Shown: one piece after another, positions 10,771 to 25,554 of the stretch
How the letters are laid out: each line of letters begins with the position of its first letter
Numbering within the stretch: the stretch's first letter is position 1
Assembly (NCBI GenBank): GCA_030264375.1
Contig: JASCQW010000027.1
Span: forward strand, 75,224,067 to 75,288,066
DNA from: Carcharhinus longimanus
Lineage: Eukaryota
DNA: 64,000 nucleotides
Reading direction: 5' to 3'
Translations under genes and position numbers: made by a program
Notes under the pieces: model-generated
What the model was told of the DNA's origin: nothing
Database searches by the model: none
The model's input: only the letters and a program-made list of their open reading frames with translations

Positions 10771-13700
10771 TCCTGATGAGTTGAACCCCAGGGGTTTTGC
10801 CCATAAATTTACATTAAGCGGGGCTTCGTTATAGCCAAGGAGGCCCTATTCCCCCATGAATGTATCTGAATATAACCCGATATGCTGCAAAGGTGGTCCA
10901 TGTCAAAGTCAATAGACTTGGATGCTAAATGTGTAGCAGAAATCATTATTCAGTTTGTTCACACCTTACACCTTACAATGGCACGTCATTGCAAAAGGCC
11001 AGACATGATGATGGACAAATTTGATTGTGAAATCCACCAACCCTTAATGATATTCACTTTGTGACATAATTTTCCACTTGCTCTTTGATGGACTTTTAAC
11101 TTTTGCACAAATTCAGTCAGATTCGCAGGCTTTGTACAGTCTTTCATAATGAGATCTCAGTGTCAAATGATGGCTTGCTCAACACTCCATGACTTTACGC
11201 TGTGATCAAATTCCACTTAAGTTGGGGCTGTCATATGATAAGATTACACAAATTTGGCTAATCCTGAGTCACCAGTTCAGAATTTTGGCATATCATGGGC
11301 ATCATTCTATGTGATTTGCTATTCTGCAGGTGAGATTGGTTGCTGACTTTGACAGAACAGGAATTTTGTGTCATCTGAGCTTGACTCAATGCAGTTTCAC
11401 TTGTTCAATAAGAACTGTGTGAATTGGTTATTGGACCTGGACTGGAGCTTTAAGGCAATGGTGTGCAGCCAGGAAAAGACAAAGACTTGCAGAGTGTAAG
11501 AGCCATATGAAAATATGACAAAAACACTTTAAGAATCTACAGCCGATTGCAGGGGTGGCGGCAAAGACCAATGCCATCCTTCATTGGATGATCTGTTCTA
11601 CAATGCTAGAGTGGTGATTTCAGGAAGTTCTGTGCAAATCTCACTTTAAAAATACAGAAACCTCTGACTCAAAGATTTATACTTATGCTGTGCATCTTAA
11701 TGGCCAGCTATATAAAGGAGAATTTTGATCATCTGAGGTTCTGTCTTAACAGCCTAACTTTTTGGATTGCTGCTGTTTTTCCCATTTCCAAATGCTGCCA
11801 ACAAATGAATCATAAAGATGCAAAACTTCAATGGGCGAAACTGCTTTGTAGCCTTCCCCTTTGTTTTAGAAAAAATGAGTTCAACTTCCAAAATAAAAAT
11901 AGAAGCAAAGGACCAATCCAAGTAAAGCCACTAGTCCCTCTCTAACAGCACAATGTGAGGGCCTCTGCCTCTGACCCTGTTAGTGTATGGAGGAGAATCT
12001 CAATTTTATGTTTTTTGGGGTAGGAGGAGGGGGTTACTTACTTTGGTGTGGGTGCTTATGAAGCACTTGTCCTTGTGAAAGAACTGAAAAAGCGAAGTTG
12101 AAAAGCCATACAAAAGAGCCACTGATATTAAAATGAACATTTATAGCCTTTAACGTGTCCCTTTTACATAATAATCTGAAGTGCAGATTGACGTTTTCTT
12201 TCACCTTGCAGCTTCTTTCCCCTTGTCTGCCTGCCATTTAATCTGAAGGAAAACAAGATTGGAACCAAGTGCACTCAGGGTCTAACCTGATCTGCGGATC
12301 TTTTGCTGCAGTTCCGCCTGTTATTGTTTCTTTATCTCTGTAGTCATCATGAGAAGCGATTAGCTGAAGAGATTGTCTTTTCTTCAGAAAAATGGAAATG
12401 ATAGAGATATTTTCACTATCAAGCTAAAATGATACTCTGTGGATTAGTGGCAGTAATCTTAGCTTGTGTTTCAATTGAACAAACTGTGGGTTTGCTCTTG
12501 CAGTTAGTACTATTGTCCAAATACTCAGTACCTCAATCTATGTATGACCATGAACGACAACTGTAGCTTGGCAAGCCCATTAGTCCAATAGGCTTACAGC
12601 AATAGTTGTTAATCATGAAAACCAGACTGATTTGTTCATACAAAATCTAGCACTGGAAAAATATCATACTTTAACATATATCAGTTTTAGCAACAATATT
12701 ATTTTTTCACCTATTTTGTTCCCTCTCTGGTGTGCACATATTCTGATGTACAATGGTAAGGAATACTGGAATACCTATTGTGTCAGTACAGTTTGTGAAG
12801 GATCAGAAATGGCATTTCAGTGAACTGAAAACAATAGTATAGTCTGAATCTTTGTGCTCAGATTCACGAACCAGAACCAACACAGCTCAACTCAATTGCT
12901 GTTTTGCCAGCTTCCATTCTTCCAAGTATACAGTACCTTTAGAAACAATTGAAACATAATTTATATTTTCACAATTTTATAAGGTCAGTCTAATATTTTT
13001 TTCCCCAAAGAAGTGTAATTAGTAAAGAAAGCAACTGATATGCGTTTACGAATCTGCCGGAGCAATCCATCAATACATCGTTTTAACCATTAGAAAACAG
13101 GCAGAGCTTTGTTTGTGAATCCGTGCATGGGAGAGGTGTACCTGATTCAATACAGTTTGATTGTTTATTTAGTTCAGTTGACTGAAGTTTAAAGAGGCGA
13201 TTTCTCAGCTTTGGAATCATGCCAGCTGATTGTCTACGCCTTTATTTTGGCCTGATTTCTTCTGCTGCTGGATAAAGATAAAGTCTTGATTTTTTCCAGG
13301 ACTGTGCATTTGACAATCTTCAAACAATCTCCAGCATCTCTTGTTAATTATCTTTGGATGTGGTACATCTCCATAGTGCATGTTGCATTCAAAACCAGGT
13401 TATAATGAAAAAAATCACAATTATTTTAGCTTTCAAACATTACTGATGAGTCGGAAGTGAATTTTAAATTTACAGTTGAGCAGTTTCTGTGATGGTTGGT
13501 TAATATGCAAGACCAATATTACTCCTCACCAACTTAACATGATATTCCCATTTCTTGTTCATTGCTAAAGGTATATATTTTTTCACACCGAACATTCCTC
13601 CTCCCCTAACTTGCTAAATACTCAAGTCTATCTAAGATTTGAATAATTGTAAATGGGAAGACTCTTTATTTTATGCTTCTGCGCATGCTTACAGCCAATA

Positions 13701-14074
13701 AGCAGGGTAGGGGACCAAGCCAGATGCTCTTTCTGGGCTGACTTGTCCTGGTCATGTGAAGATGAGTTTGAAGGTTGAATGGGGAGGAAATGCTGATATC
13801 CAGGTGCCAGGTCATCAACTTGATGTGGTCTTGCCTCCTGGCATTCAGAAGTGGGTCATCACTGGCAACGGCAATCTGCCCAGCCAATGTGGTCAATCAA
13901 TTAGAATATTTAACTGTCTAATTGATTAGGGGCACAGATAGGATCTCCTTGGTGAAGGACTGAGCCCAAAGCTTGGCAGTGGCTTGGAGCTGGCTGGCCA
14001 GCAGGTTATTGTTAGGATGGCAGGGAGGGTGGGGATTTGCGGGGGTGGGGGGCCGGACGGAGGTGTGTCACTCC

Positions 14075-15188
14075 CTGTCAATTGCCCATTACCTTCAGCT
14101 CTCATATCGATCAAAAATCTATTTAACTCCACCTTGAATAAATTCAAAGAGCCAACCTCCGTTGCTTTCTTGGGAACAGAATTCCATATACCAATCTCAG
14201 AAAAAAAAATTCTGCACATTGCAATCTTAAAAGCGCGATTTTTTAAAAAAAGGCTGTGTTCCCTAGTTTTAGCCTTGCCTCAAATGAGGAAACATTTTCT
14301 TGATGTCCACCGTATCAAGACCTCTCAGGATCTTCTGTATTTCTGTAAATTCAGCTCTCATTCTTCTAAACTCCAATAGTAAAAGTCCAATCTGATCAAT
14401 CTTTCTTCATAAGATAAGCGCTTCCTTCCACAAATGAGTCCCAGTGAATCTTCTCTGTGCTGCTTCTAATGCTATTACATCCTTTTTCAAATGAAGAAAC
14501 CAGAACTCCACTACTCCAGAGGAGGTCTCACCAAGGCCCAGTACAGCTGCAGTAAAACTTTCCTGTTATATTCCATTGCCGTGTCAATAAACACCAACAT
14601 TCCATTTGCCTTCCAAATCACTTGCTGAACCTGCATATTAACTTTCTGAGATCATGTATCAGAACACCCAGATTCCCCTACCCCATTAGGTTCTGCAACC
14701 TCTCTCCATTTAAATAACATACTGCTTTTCTATTCTTCCTGCCATAGTGGGCAAGTTCACATTTTCCTACATTATTCTCCAACTGCCAAGTTTTTGTTCA
14801 CTTACTTAACTACCTATACCTCTTCCTCTTGACAACTTATTTTTCTACCTATCTTGGTTTCATCGGGAAATTTAATTACTCTTCATTCAAGTCATATAAA
14901 ATTGTAAATACTTAAAGGTGCCAACATCTATCCCTGTGGCGCTTCACTAATTACTGCTTGCCAACCCAAAAACAATCCATTTATTCCTACATCTTAGTTA
15001 ACCTCCATGCTGGTGTGCAACCCCTACACCATGCGCTCCTACCTGTGTCACACCAAAGGTTACTGCATCTTATCAAATGCCTTTTGGAAATACAAGGACA
15101 CCACATCTACATGTTCCGCTTTTATCCAGCTTCTTGTCAGCTCCTCAAAGAAATTGAATATATTAGTTAAACGTGATTTTCCTTTCAC
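14075..15188 (-). mobile_element. CR1 LINE ORF2 fragment (RT to near 3' end)
   Basis: ORF peptides KGKSRLTNIFNFFEELTR...VDVVSLYFQKAFDKM and FFSEIGIWNSVPKKATEVGSLNLFKVELNRFL. Confidence 0.9.
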
Positions 15189-16829
15189 AGAAGTAGGCCG
15201 TCTGCCAGACAAGCATGCTGCTGGGCATGTTGCCTTCAAGGGCAGGGTTGGGACGCAGGAATGGTCCTGTCCCTCATTTATCTTTCTAAGGGAATGAGAT
15301 TCCACCCTCAAAGAGGCAGTACAAATATATTGGATCAATGGCTTCTTTCTGTGCTTCTCTGCAATTTACATGCCAGTTATAAACTCTAACTTAGCAGCAT
15401 ATTAATTATTGTAAACGCAGAAGATCAGTGCTTCTACATTTCTATGATTCTATGAAGAAAGATATGATTTTATATAGGAAAAACTATTAAGTGTTCCCTT
15501 TGTCAACTTTAACCTTTAACCTCACTGTTTTCATTGCAGACTTTCTCGGCTGCTTCTATTCAGTATTTGTTTGAACTTTGCAGTCTTGTTCAACCTCAGC
15601 TGTAAATGTACCATCCACTTCCTCCTTTTTGCATTTGAACAGTGTACAGTGTTGAAATGAACCCTTATCACACTTTAACTCAGTATTCCTCAAAATCTGA
15701 AAACTATGAAACTTCATTCAACCACTTAGCAAGACTTGATTCAGAGGAGAAAAATAGGGTGCAATTTAATCTAGTATGTGGTGATTTCTGAGAGCCCTGT
15801 TTTGCTTTGGTTGGAGACAATCTGCCATATTAAGTGCCCAGCAGACACATTAATGACCAGCTTTCCCCATGATCCTGGGTTCCCCCCACCTGCCAGCCAG
15901 CAGCTCTCCATTGCCTGTCATCATCACTGGGAATGATGGCACAATGCACCCACCAGATTGCCTAGGGACCCAGGCCATAGGTGGATAGGTGAGGATAGGA
16001 TGGAGGTTGTTGGGGAGGAAGTCACTAGCTGTTAATTCAGAGGTGGATGGGGGGTATCACCAGGGTTTGCTGTGGTGAGTCCTCTGCCCACAGATGATTG
16101 AATATCAGTGGTGGTGGGATGAGACCCTAAAGAAAGCATAAATTGCTCTGAATGTTCCAGGAGCAAAGAAGATTTCATATTTAAAAAGATCAAAATAGTG
16201 ATATCTGGAGTGAGTTATGCAAGTCTTTGTTTTAAGTGAAATCATCCACTATTCTCCATTGTGCATCCTATTTGTAATGTGATTATAAAAGACACAAAGA
16301 ATATTTTTAAGGTACTTTGGTTATAGTTTAGTGGAGAATGCTCTAGTTTTCCCCAGAGTTTTATCAATGACTTTCATATGGGTGTGTGGCCAATGTAATG
16401 GCAATTCCTATTTTTCCTAGCTTTTGAAACTAATCCTTCAGCTTTTGATTACCTTGATCAGCTATATGAGAAATCGTGGAAGTAATTTTGTATTTTGGGC
16501 TCCAACAATTTTTGTGAACTATGTCATCACTTGGCAGCTTTTCAGGATCTTGTTGCCAAGAGCTGGGGAAGGCATTCCAATCAGCAATTTTTCAGTGGTT
16601 ATTGTGGTCATATGAGCAGTATGCATTACAGGATTACATCACAAATAGACGACTGATGATCAGTGGATCTTTCATCATTTCCTCCAATTGATTAAGCAGC
16701 TGAATCACAGTAAATTGCTTGACTACAGAATTCAGAACACTCAGTGATATGCTTTATTTTTATTCATCCTTGTATTTTTTCATCAGTACTTTGTTTCAAG
16801 TAGCTCAATAGGTAAATGTATCACCTGTT

Positions 16830-17105
16830 GGTGGTATGGTGTTGAGTGATACAGGTAGTGAAAGTCCCTTGGTCTCCAGTCATTTAGCTGGTCTCACCTG
16901 GGGTGGTGCTGATGGTGTTGTGATTACCTTCAACCCCTTTGAAAATCCATTTGATTTCCTGGTCCTGATTGCTATCCTGTGGTCTGTGCTGGAAAGTGCG
17001 TGCATGTGTGAGCTGAGGCTTGAGCTCACCTATGATAGCTTCTCACACCTGAATAGCTTGGCATACTTTACTGTCCAGATTTACACATGAAGAATGACCA
17101 ATTAA
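16830..17105 (+). mobile_element. Ancient SINE-like interspersed repeat, family uncertain
   Basis: gctggtctcacctggggtgg...cctgattgctatcc...gctggaaagtgcgtgcatgtg...cacatgaagaatgacc resembles a repeat I recall from shark genomes; possible decayed relative at about 61120-61370. Confidence 0.45.
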
Positions 17106-18269
17106 ACTAAATAGAGGTGGCTGTGAAAATATAGCCAATGTAGGTCAGTTTCAAAGGAAAGGGGGACTGGAAGTGGAGATATTGTAATGTTTGTACTTGA
17201 TGAAAAAAGCTTCAATTATACATTTTGGAGTGATTTCACACTCTGTGCTTTAGTACTTGTATGATAAGTGAGAGTTGTTTATTATTATGTTCAATATTTA
17301 TCATTTCATTATAAGATCTTAACAGCAAAGAACATTCAATAGAAAAATAATCAAATTTAGCATCAGTCAAGAATGGACCACAGAATTGTTAATAATCCTA
17401 ACCTTTGCAGTGATCCCTGGCCAGATCTCTAAGTTCTTGTTAAAAGCTGGTTATGGAACAATAATGTTTAGAAGTGCAGAAAATTTGAGATTCAAGGCAC
17501 TTGTTCAGTGAATAAAGCTACAAGATTCCATTGACTTTGAGCAAACAAAAATAAACTTTACTATACTCAGGCAGAAAGATGAAACAATTTACCCTCATTG
17601 TTAGAGTGTGAGATAGATATTTATATGTGAGATACATTTGAATTAATCTATCTGTTGTTTGAACATACCACACAATACAAATGGCAGATGCAACCAAGAC
17701 ACAGTCCATGAATTTCTCAACAACCTCCCCAGGCTTAGTTACATTGTGAGTCAGCCAATCTCACTGAAACTCTGTCTCTCTCTCTCTTTGAAGATTTCAG
17801 TCTTCACCTTTGAAAATCTAACCTTGGAGTTCTCTCCAAAGCTCTCTCCAACTCTGGTGGCATCAACAATGGCACACCTCACAGGGTTTCAATCTCTTTC
17901 CCTGAGATTCTGCTGCCCTGGATTCCTGACCTATACGCAAGCACCAAATCACAAACACAACTTCAGATCTTTGTCCACGCTGTGCCATGTAGAACACTAC
18001 AATTCCCAAACTGTACATTTGTCTTAACTGCCTGCAGTGTGGAGTCATTGGTCTTAGGATGCCTTCTTCACATAAAGTTGGTTCCCTGCAGCACTTTTCC
18101 TGTTTGGGGCCTATTTCTTTGCTCCATTCTTTTTAACTGAACTGGGACCTTTCCTGTCCTTGTTCTCTCTCTGGCACTCTTTTGGGATCTCTACATGTCT
18201 CTCCTACCTTTAGGACCTTTCCCTGTACCTTACTTGGAATATTTGCTGGCAATGGTGCATTACAACCCT

Positions 18270-18500
18270 TTATCTTGTAAAGAGAAGACTGAGGAGTAAG
18301 CTTAGAGGTTTTTCAAAAGTATGATAAGTTTTGAAACATTGGATTAAAGAAAGAATGTTTCCACTTGTGAGGAAGAGGTCATCAACACAAGATGGTTAAC
18401 AAAGAAAGCAAATAGGCAATTCAGAAGAAATTCTTTATCAAAGTGGTGAGAATTCAGAGTAATTAAGATGAAAGTATAGATGCATTTAAGGGGAGGTTTT
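18270..18500 (+). mobile_element. CR1 LINE 3' fragment
   Basis: agagaagactgaggag...gaggtttttcaaaagtatg...ttcagaagaaattcttt...gcatttaaggggagg. Confidence 0.7.
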
Positions 18501-18749
18501 CAGGCATGTGTAGCTGGTCGTTGGCTCAAAAGATGCAGCTGCCAGCCTCCTGGTGTCCCAGGCAGGTAAGCATGGTTTACATAATATCTTGCGTATAAAA
18601 TTAGGTAAACAGATTTAGACTGACAAATATTCTGGGCTGGGATCTTGTATTTCATTTGCTGCATAACCTTTAGAAACAATTCTCTCCCTATCATCAAGGG
18701 GATGGTTGCACAGTTATAAAATGGCCTGAGTTAATTCCCTGGAGACATG

Positions 18750-21290
18750 ATTCCATCCTGATTTGTGCTAACCTAGCCTCCCCTTAATTGCATCTATAGT
18801 GTTCATCTTAACTACTCTACGTTCTTGCCACTCTGAGTAAAGAATTTCTCCTAAATCCCCTATTTGTTTCCTTGGTCACTTTGTTGCATTGATGACCTCC
18901 TCCCACAAATAGAAGCATTCTCTCTTTAATCCAATCTATCACAACCTTTCATACTTTAAAGAAACCTCTAAGTTCGCTCCTCGGTCTTCTCTTTTCAAGA
19001 TAAAGGAGATCCATCCTTTGCTGGTCAGTATAACTTTGCAGTTCTCGTATCATCCTTGAAAATCTTTTTTTTGGCATCTTGTCCAGTGCCTAAGGACATG
19101 AGAAATGTGAGCAGTAGACCACTTGTCGAACCTGTTCTGCCATTCAATATGATCAGGGCTTCGTACCTCTACACTATTTGTAGAATATGGCAACCAGAAT
19201 TGTACACAGCAGTGTGGTTTGATACAAGTTTAATTTCCCTACCTTTTCATTCTATCCCGCTAGAAAAAATCTTAGTACTTGGCTTTGTTTTGTTATGGCC
19301 TTATTGACTTGGGTTGCAACTTCTATATCTTTTATATATTTGTATTTTCAGATTCCTTTTCCTCCTGTAACTCATTCAGGTTATCACTTTCTAAGTAATA
19401 TGTGACCTCCCTATTTACAATTAAACTTATATCTTACCCTTATCTATATTGACACTCCTTTTCCAGCTTTTTGCCCATTTTGTAAATTTTTAGAAATGCC
19501 TTTTTGTGGAAATTGCAGGGGTCACTGGCCATAATCTTTCAATCTTCTCTATACTCAGGGGAAATGCCAGAGGAGTGGAGAATTACAAATGCTATGCTGT
19601 TGTTCAAAAAAATGATGTAAGGATAGCCCCAGCAATTATAGACAGTCAATTAACATCAGCAAACTTCTCAAAACAATTGACTAGATAATAGTCAAATGGA
19701 AAAAATGTGGGTTGATTTGGAAGAGTTAATATGGATTTCTAAAGTAAACTCCTGTTTAACTAGCTGGACTTTTTGGATGAGAGCAATGCTATTGATATGG
19801 TGTGCATGGACTTTCAAAAGGCAATTGATGCAGTGACACATAACTGATTTATGAGAAAAGTTATAGCTTATAGCTTGGAATAAAAGGAATAGCAGGAACA
19901 TGGATACAAAATTGGCTGAATAATAGGAAGCAGAGAGTAATGGTCAATGGATAATTTTTGGGCTGGAGGAATGTTTGTAGTGGTGTTCTCCAGCGGTCAG
20001 TATAAGGACTTTTGCTTTTCCTGATTTATATTAATGATTTAGATGATGGTATGCAGGGGACAATTTCAAAATTTGTGGATGACACAAAACTTAGGAAAAT
20101 TGTGAAGGGATAGTGTAGAACTTCAAATGGACGCAGACAAGTTGGTGGGATGGGCACATAGGTGGCAGACAAAGTTCCACATGGAGAAGTATAAGCTGAT
20201 GCATTTTGGTCAGAAGATGATGGAGAGACGACATAGAATAAGAGATAAAATTCTGAAAGGGGTGCAGGAGCAGAGGGACCTGGGTGTATATATATGTGTA
20301 GGTCATTGAAGGCGGCAGGACAGATGGAGAGGGTAGTTAATAAAGCATGTAACATTCTGGGCTTTATTAATAGGAGCATAGAGCACAAGAGCAAGGAGGT
20401 TATGCTGAACTTATACAATACACTAGTCAGACCTCAGATGGAATATTGTGCACTGTTCTGGGCACCACACTATAGGGAGGATATGAACACATTTGTGACA
20501 GTGCAGAAGAGATTTACAAGAATGGTTCCAGGGATGGAGAGACAAGGCAATTTGATAGAGATGCTCAAAATCATGAAGGGGTTGGACAGAGTAGATGGGA
20601 TGTAACTTTTCCTGCTCATAAAAGGATCACGAATGAGAGTGCACAGATTTAAAGTGATTTGCAAAAGAAGTAAATCTGATGTGAGAAAAATTGTTTTCAA
20701 ACAGTGATGGTTTGGGTCTGGAATGCACTATCTGGAAGTGTGGTGGGGCAGCTTAAATCGAGGCATTCAAGAGGGTAATGGGGAAAAGGCAGGAGAATGG
20801 CACTAAGTCCGAATGCTCATTTGGAGAGTCAGTACAGACATAATGGCCCAAATGGCCTCCTATGGTGTTGTAACAATTCTGTGATTCTAAATCGGTGCAG
20901 TCCTAATCAATGTTGTCTCATTCCTTTCAATTTGGTGTCATCCGTAATTTGAAAAATTGTGCTTTTGATTTCAAAATCTAAATCATTAATATAAATTGTG
21001 AGCAGCTGAGTTCTCAGCACTGACCATTATCACCTTACTTCCCACCTTCTGCCACACTGAATAGCTGCACTTTACCCCTCCTTTCTGCTTTCTGCCTTTC
21101 AGCCAAGCATAGGCCTTTGGAAATTTACATTTAATACATCTATTACCCTTGTCTATACTCTCTTCTTTAAAAAGTCAGTAAGGTTGGGCATGCAAGACTT
21201 CCCCTTTTGAGTCTAAGTTGAGGATTCACTATTATGTTTTTATTTTATAGATGGTTTTCTTCTTTCATAGGGATCCCATCATTTTTTCTA
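18750..21290 (-). mobile_element. Old CR1 LINE, fragmented (about 18750-19500 and 20920-21290)
   Basis: Reverse-strand CR1 motifs (aagaatttctcctaaatcccc, tatggcaaccagaattgtacacag, aatcattaatataaattgtg...ctcagcactgacc) on both sides of a plus-strand CR1. Confidence 0.65.
19505..20890 (+). mobile_element. CR1 LINE, about 1.4 kb 5'-truncated copy nested in an older CR1
   Basis: RT and C-terminal peptides MDFQKA, ERVVNKACNILGFINRSIEHKSKEVMLNLYNTLVRPQMEYCALFWAPHYRED; tail ggcccaaatggcctcc...gtaacaattctgtgattct. Confidence 0.9.
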
Positions 21291-22046
21291 TGAATGATAC
21301 TTGTTCTCATTCCCTTCTTAAATTTTAGTTATTAGTCTCACCTCAGGTTACATCTTTTTCTCATAAATAATCAAGTATATGCTTCTGCTGTCTCTTTCCT
21401 AGATTCATTTGCTTTCTTTGTTATAAAGTTGCATGTGTGCCTATCTTGACAATTCAAGAGAATTAAGTACTGCAGCAGGATTAGCAAATGTCCTTTGCTC
21501 TCTGCAATCTGGGTTTGAATTCAGCTGGACTGATGGAACAAAAGAATTGATAATATGTGGTAAAATTGATTAAAATTATGAAAATAATTGTTTGATCTGT
21601 GTATGTATCTATTTAAGGTTCTCCTGTTGTTTATATTGACAGAAATCCATCTGAAATGGTTTATTTTACAGTTAAGCTCTGAGTTTTGACATCCAGTGGG
21701 ATGGAGTGTATGCAGCTTTAGAATAGTTTCACTGAATCATTAATAAACCTTAATATGTAGGTCTTCCCATGCAAAAATGTTCAGTTTGCACAAAAAGCAT
21801 GTGTGTTATGTTTAACATTTGCTTGAGATGTTGATCTTTAATAACTGATATATGAAACCTTTTTCAGTTGAAAATATGTTGCTGTCTTTAAGTATTGTTT
21901 TATATTTGGATAGAAATCCATGCTTTCATCAAAGAATTCTTGCTGTGTCACTTGAGACAGGAAGTGATGCTAGTAAGGCTGTCTGGTCAACTTTAACAAA
22001 ATGAATTTATGATGTGCAAACAAATAACACTTTTTAGAAATACTGG

Positions 22047-22600
22047 AGAACAAAGAAAATTACAGCACAGGGATAGGCAGTTTGGCCCTCCAAGCCTGCA
22101 CTGACCATGCTGCCCGACTGAACTAGACCCCCTACCCTTCCGGAGACCATATCATTCTTTCCCCATCCTATTCATGTATTTGTCCAGACACCCCTTAAAA
22201 CTCACTATCGTATCTGTTTCCACTACCTCCCCCGGCAGCGAGTTCCAGACACCCGTCACCGTCTGTGTAAAGAAAACTTGTCTCACATATCTCCTTTAAA
22301 CTTCGTCCCTCGCACCTTAAATCTGTGCGTCCTAGTAATTGACTCTTCCACACTGGGAAAAAGCTTCTGAATACCCACTCTGTCTATGCCCCTCATAATC
22401 TTGTAGACTTCTATCAGATCGCCCCTCACCCTCTGTCTCTCCAGTGAGAACAATCCAAATTTCTCCCACTTCTTCTCATAGCTAATGCCCTCCCATACCA
22501 GGCATCTTGGTAAATCTTTTCTGTATCCACTCCAAAGCCTCCACATCTTTCTGGTAGTGTGGCGACCAGAATTGAACACTATATTCAAAGTACGGTCTAG
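22047..22600 (-). mobile_element. HER1/CR1 LINE 3' end
   Basis: ORF 22283-22588 ...SYEKKWEKFGLFSLERQRVRGDLIEVYKIMRGIDRV...HRFKVRG; tail gaacaaagaaaattacagcacagg; same subfamily as 45326-45628. Confidence 0.92.
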
Positions 22601-23099
22601 AGATTATGTTGTTTTCTTTCACGTTCATATTTAAGACAACAACATGATTTTGTGATCATATTTTGAATATACATCCTTTCTGAAATTGAGGTACCAACTT
22701 ATTTTGTTAGAAACTTCATTTTAATTTGAACTTTCAAGTTAAATGATTGTAGTAATGGATGGAGCTGGCTTGTTCAGGGGAAAGCAGTCACATCCAGAAT
22801 GGCCAAATAATAGCTTTGAAACTTACAAAAGATGCATGGATTCTGAATTTCTGGAATGAGCATTCATTTATAACTATTTATTAACTCTTCTGAGTACAAT
22901 TATTTATTACGAACATTCAATTCTAAACAGACATGCTGAGCATGCGCAATTGGTTCTGGTTTTCTTGGAAAATTGGTTTTTTTCTGAAAAATAAGGCATG
23001 GGAATTGTTGTGAGCGGGAGGAGCAAACTATGCAAAAGTCCATTGACCTAGGATGGGATTTTCTGTTCTTGGCGCAAGTGTGGCCAGAAAGTCCCACCC

Positions 23100-23675
23100 A
23101 AGTTAATAAAGCATTTAATTTCTCAGAAAGCAGAGACGTTAGGCTAAACTCTTATGGACCTCTGGTTAGAACACATTTGGAGTTATTGCAGAGAGCTCTG
23201 GTTTATTATATTTCAAAATGGACATGCAGAAGGTGCTGATTTTTATATGGATGATGATTAGAACTGAGTGGCTGTGGACAATCAGCAAAATCAGAGCAAG
23301 ATGGGATTCTTTTCTCCAATGAAACAAAAGCTGAAGCTGATCTAAGAGAGGTTTTTCAAATTATCAAAGGGATTGAGAGAGCAGACATTGAGAAGATGTT
23401 TGAATTTGTGGGGGGTGAGGAGGTATGCTTGGTGGAAGAGAGGACAAATCTGTAAATAATTATAACCAATAACTAATAAATCTAATAAGGCATTAAGGAG
23501 CACTTTCTTTTTTCAAAGAATGGTTATAATTTGGAACTTGCTACCAAATAGACTAGTTGAGGTCATTAGCATAACTGCATTTGAGGCAGGATAATCGGGG
23601 AAGAAAGGAATAGAGAGATATGCTAGTTGAGTTAAAAGTAGAGTGGAGCCATACACCAGTTTGGACTATTTTGGG
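23100..23675 (+). mobile_element. Decayed CR1 LINE 3' fragment
   Basis: ctggttagaacacatttggag...gagaggtttttcaaattatcaaaggg...tggaacttgctacc...gagtggagccatacaccagt. Confidence 0.7.
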
Positions 23676-25554
23676 CATATGTAAACGTGATGTCAAGGAG
23701 TTGTGCAGAGATGGTATCGGCTATGGTTCCACTGCCAAGCCTATGCCTTTTCAGGAGTTTGCAATTCATTCCGCCTTCTCTTTCAAATGTAACTATTACA
23801 TTTGATTGCCATAGGATTATAGACATTGGGGGTCAATGCAGCTTAAGTAAATTGGGCAGGCATAAAATATGCACTACATTCTTTCCACTGCCTCAGTGAA
23901 TATTGTGGACATTTTACTGCATAATGCCTTAATTTGGAATTACTGCCATTGTCTTTTGTTGACCATCAATTTGCACATGATAGTATAGAAAAAAAAAATC
24001 GGCAGAGTTACACCACGTAAGGGAAATAGGCTAAACATTCTGCACTGAACGCATTGAGCAGTAAAAATGCTGAGAACTGGGACAAAGGTCGGACTTTTCC
24101 CTAAATTCGGCAAAGGCCAATAGCTGGTAGGAAAAGCAGCGTTAAAGTCAATGGCATCAATGGTAACTGTGCCGTTCAGGACTTAGGCACAGAAACCTCA
24201 AGGGGCAGTTCTCACAACGTCACACTAGCGGGACTGGCTCTGATTGAACCAATTCCGCCAGCTATTTAGTTTTCCAGAGGTCTGGGGTACCATTATTAAA
24301 GGTCACTATGGAAGTCCAAGTTAGCTTATTCTGCTTACAAATATGGGATGGGCTAGGTTTTACAAGGGTGGGGGAGGGAGGATGCTGTGGCCTTCTGCTC
24401 ACTCTCCCTACCTCCAAGGAAGAGTTGATCAAAAATCGACTGCCTTTTTAAAAAATNNNNNNNNNNGTCCCATAACGATAATAGACTGTGGGTGCCGTTA
24501 ACAGATGAGGGTTGGATTTTCAGTCCTGCCCCAAACTGATGACCAGCTGTTCTTGCAGTCTCCGCAGTGCCAGAACTCAGCAGCGGCTGCTATTAGGACT
24601 GCAAGCAGTGTTATAAGTGCCATTGATGTTGGAAACTGGCAAGTTCAGGCTTTCTGGGCAGGGAGGGATTTTGGATCTAGGGAGTGGGGCTGGGGCCTGT
24701 TTTGGTGGCTTTGCGGGGAGGCACAAAAGGTGGGTACTGTCAAATCCAACAATTGTACACGATTGAGGAAATATTGCTGCGATTTGTATCTTTATCTTAG
24801 TATGTAATGAAGGAAATAATACTGCAATATGTATCTTATCTTCAGTTAGTTTATTTTCCATACAACTCAGTAGAGATACAAACTTCTTATGATTCACCCC
24901 TTATGGATGAAGAAATAGACTTCTCACACTCATCTGTCTTGCAAACCAACATTTTATGGCAATGGAAGAAGAAGGGGCCCAATAGACCTAAGGGTGGGCA
25001 AGTTAATAGGCACCTTATCCATCTTATGTGTTAAGGGTGCTGGGTTGGAAGGCAATGGGCTAGCCAGCTGATGTGCCCTCCACCCTGCCAAAAACGTGAG
25101 TGGTGTGGAGATGTAAAGTGCAACCCCATATATGAGACTTGTTGGAAAGTTTACTTCAGTAACTTTTTCTTATATCCTTAATACTGGTGTTTACTGTATG
25201 TTTGGATATTCCTATCAAATGTTGATGAGATTGACCACCCCACCCCACCCCATCCCAAATTCTCCACATTTTCTTCAGGGTTTGTCAGTGCAAGTCTGTT
25301 GATCATCTGTGGACTATTGAGAAACAAAACATCAAGCATGTGGAAACATATTCCATATTGAATCTTAGCTCTTTTTTATCACCTGTCCCAAATACTTATG
25401 CAACCTAATGCAGATGAACGAAAGTCTTTTCTTTAATACTTGTGACTTCTATTGTGTATTTAGACTTTTGATCTGCTTCAGAAAGGGATATTGTGGCATC
25501 TCTGGCAATGAGCCAATATCCAAATGCCATCTGATAAAGATCACTGGAAATTTT

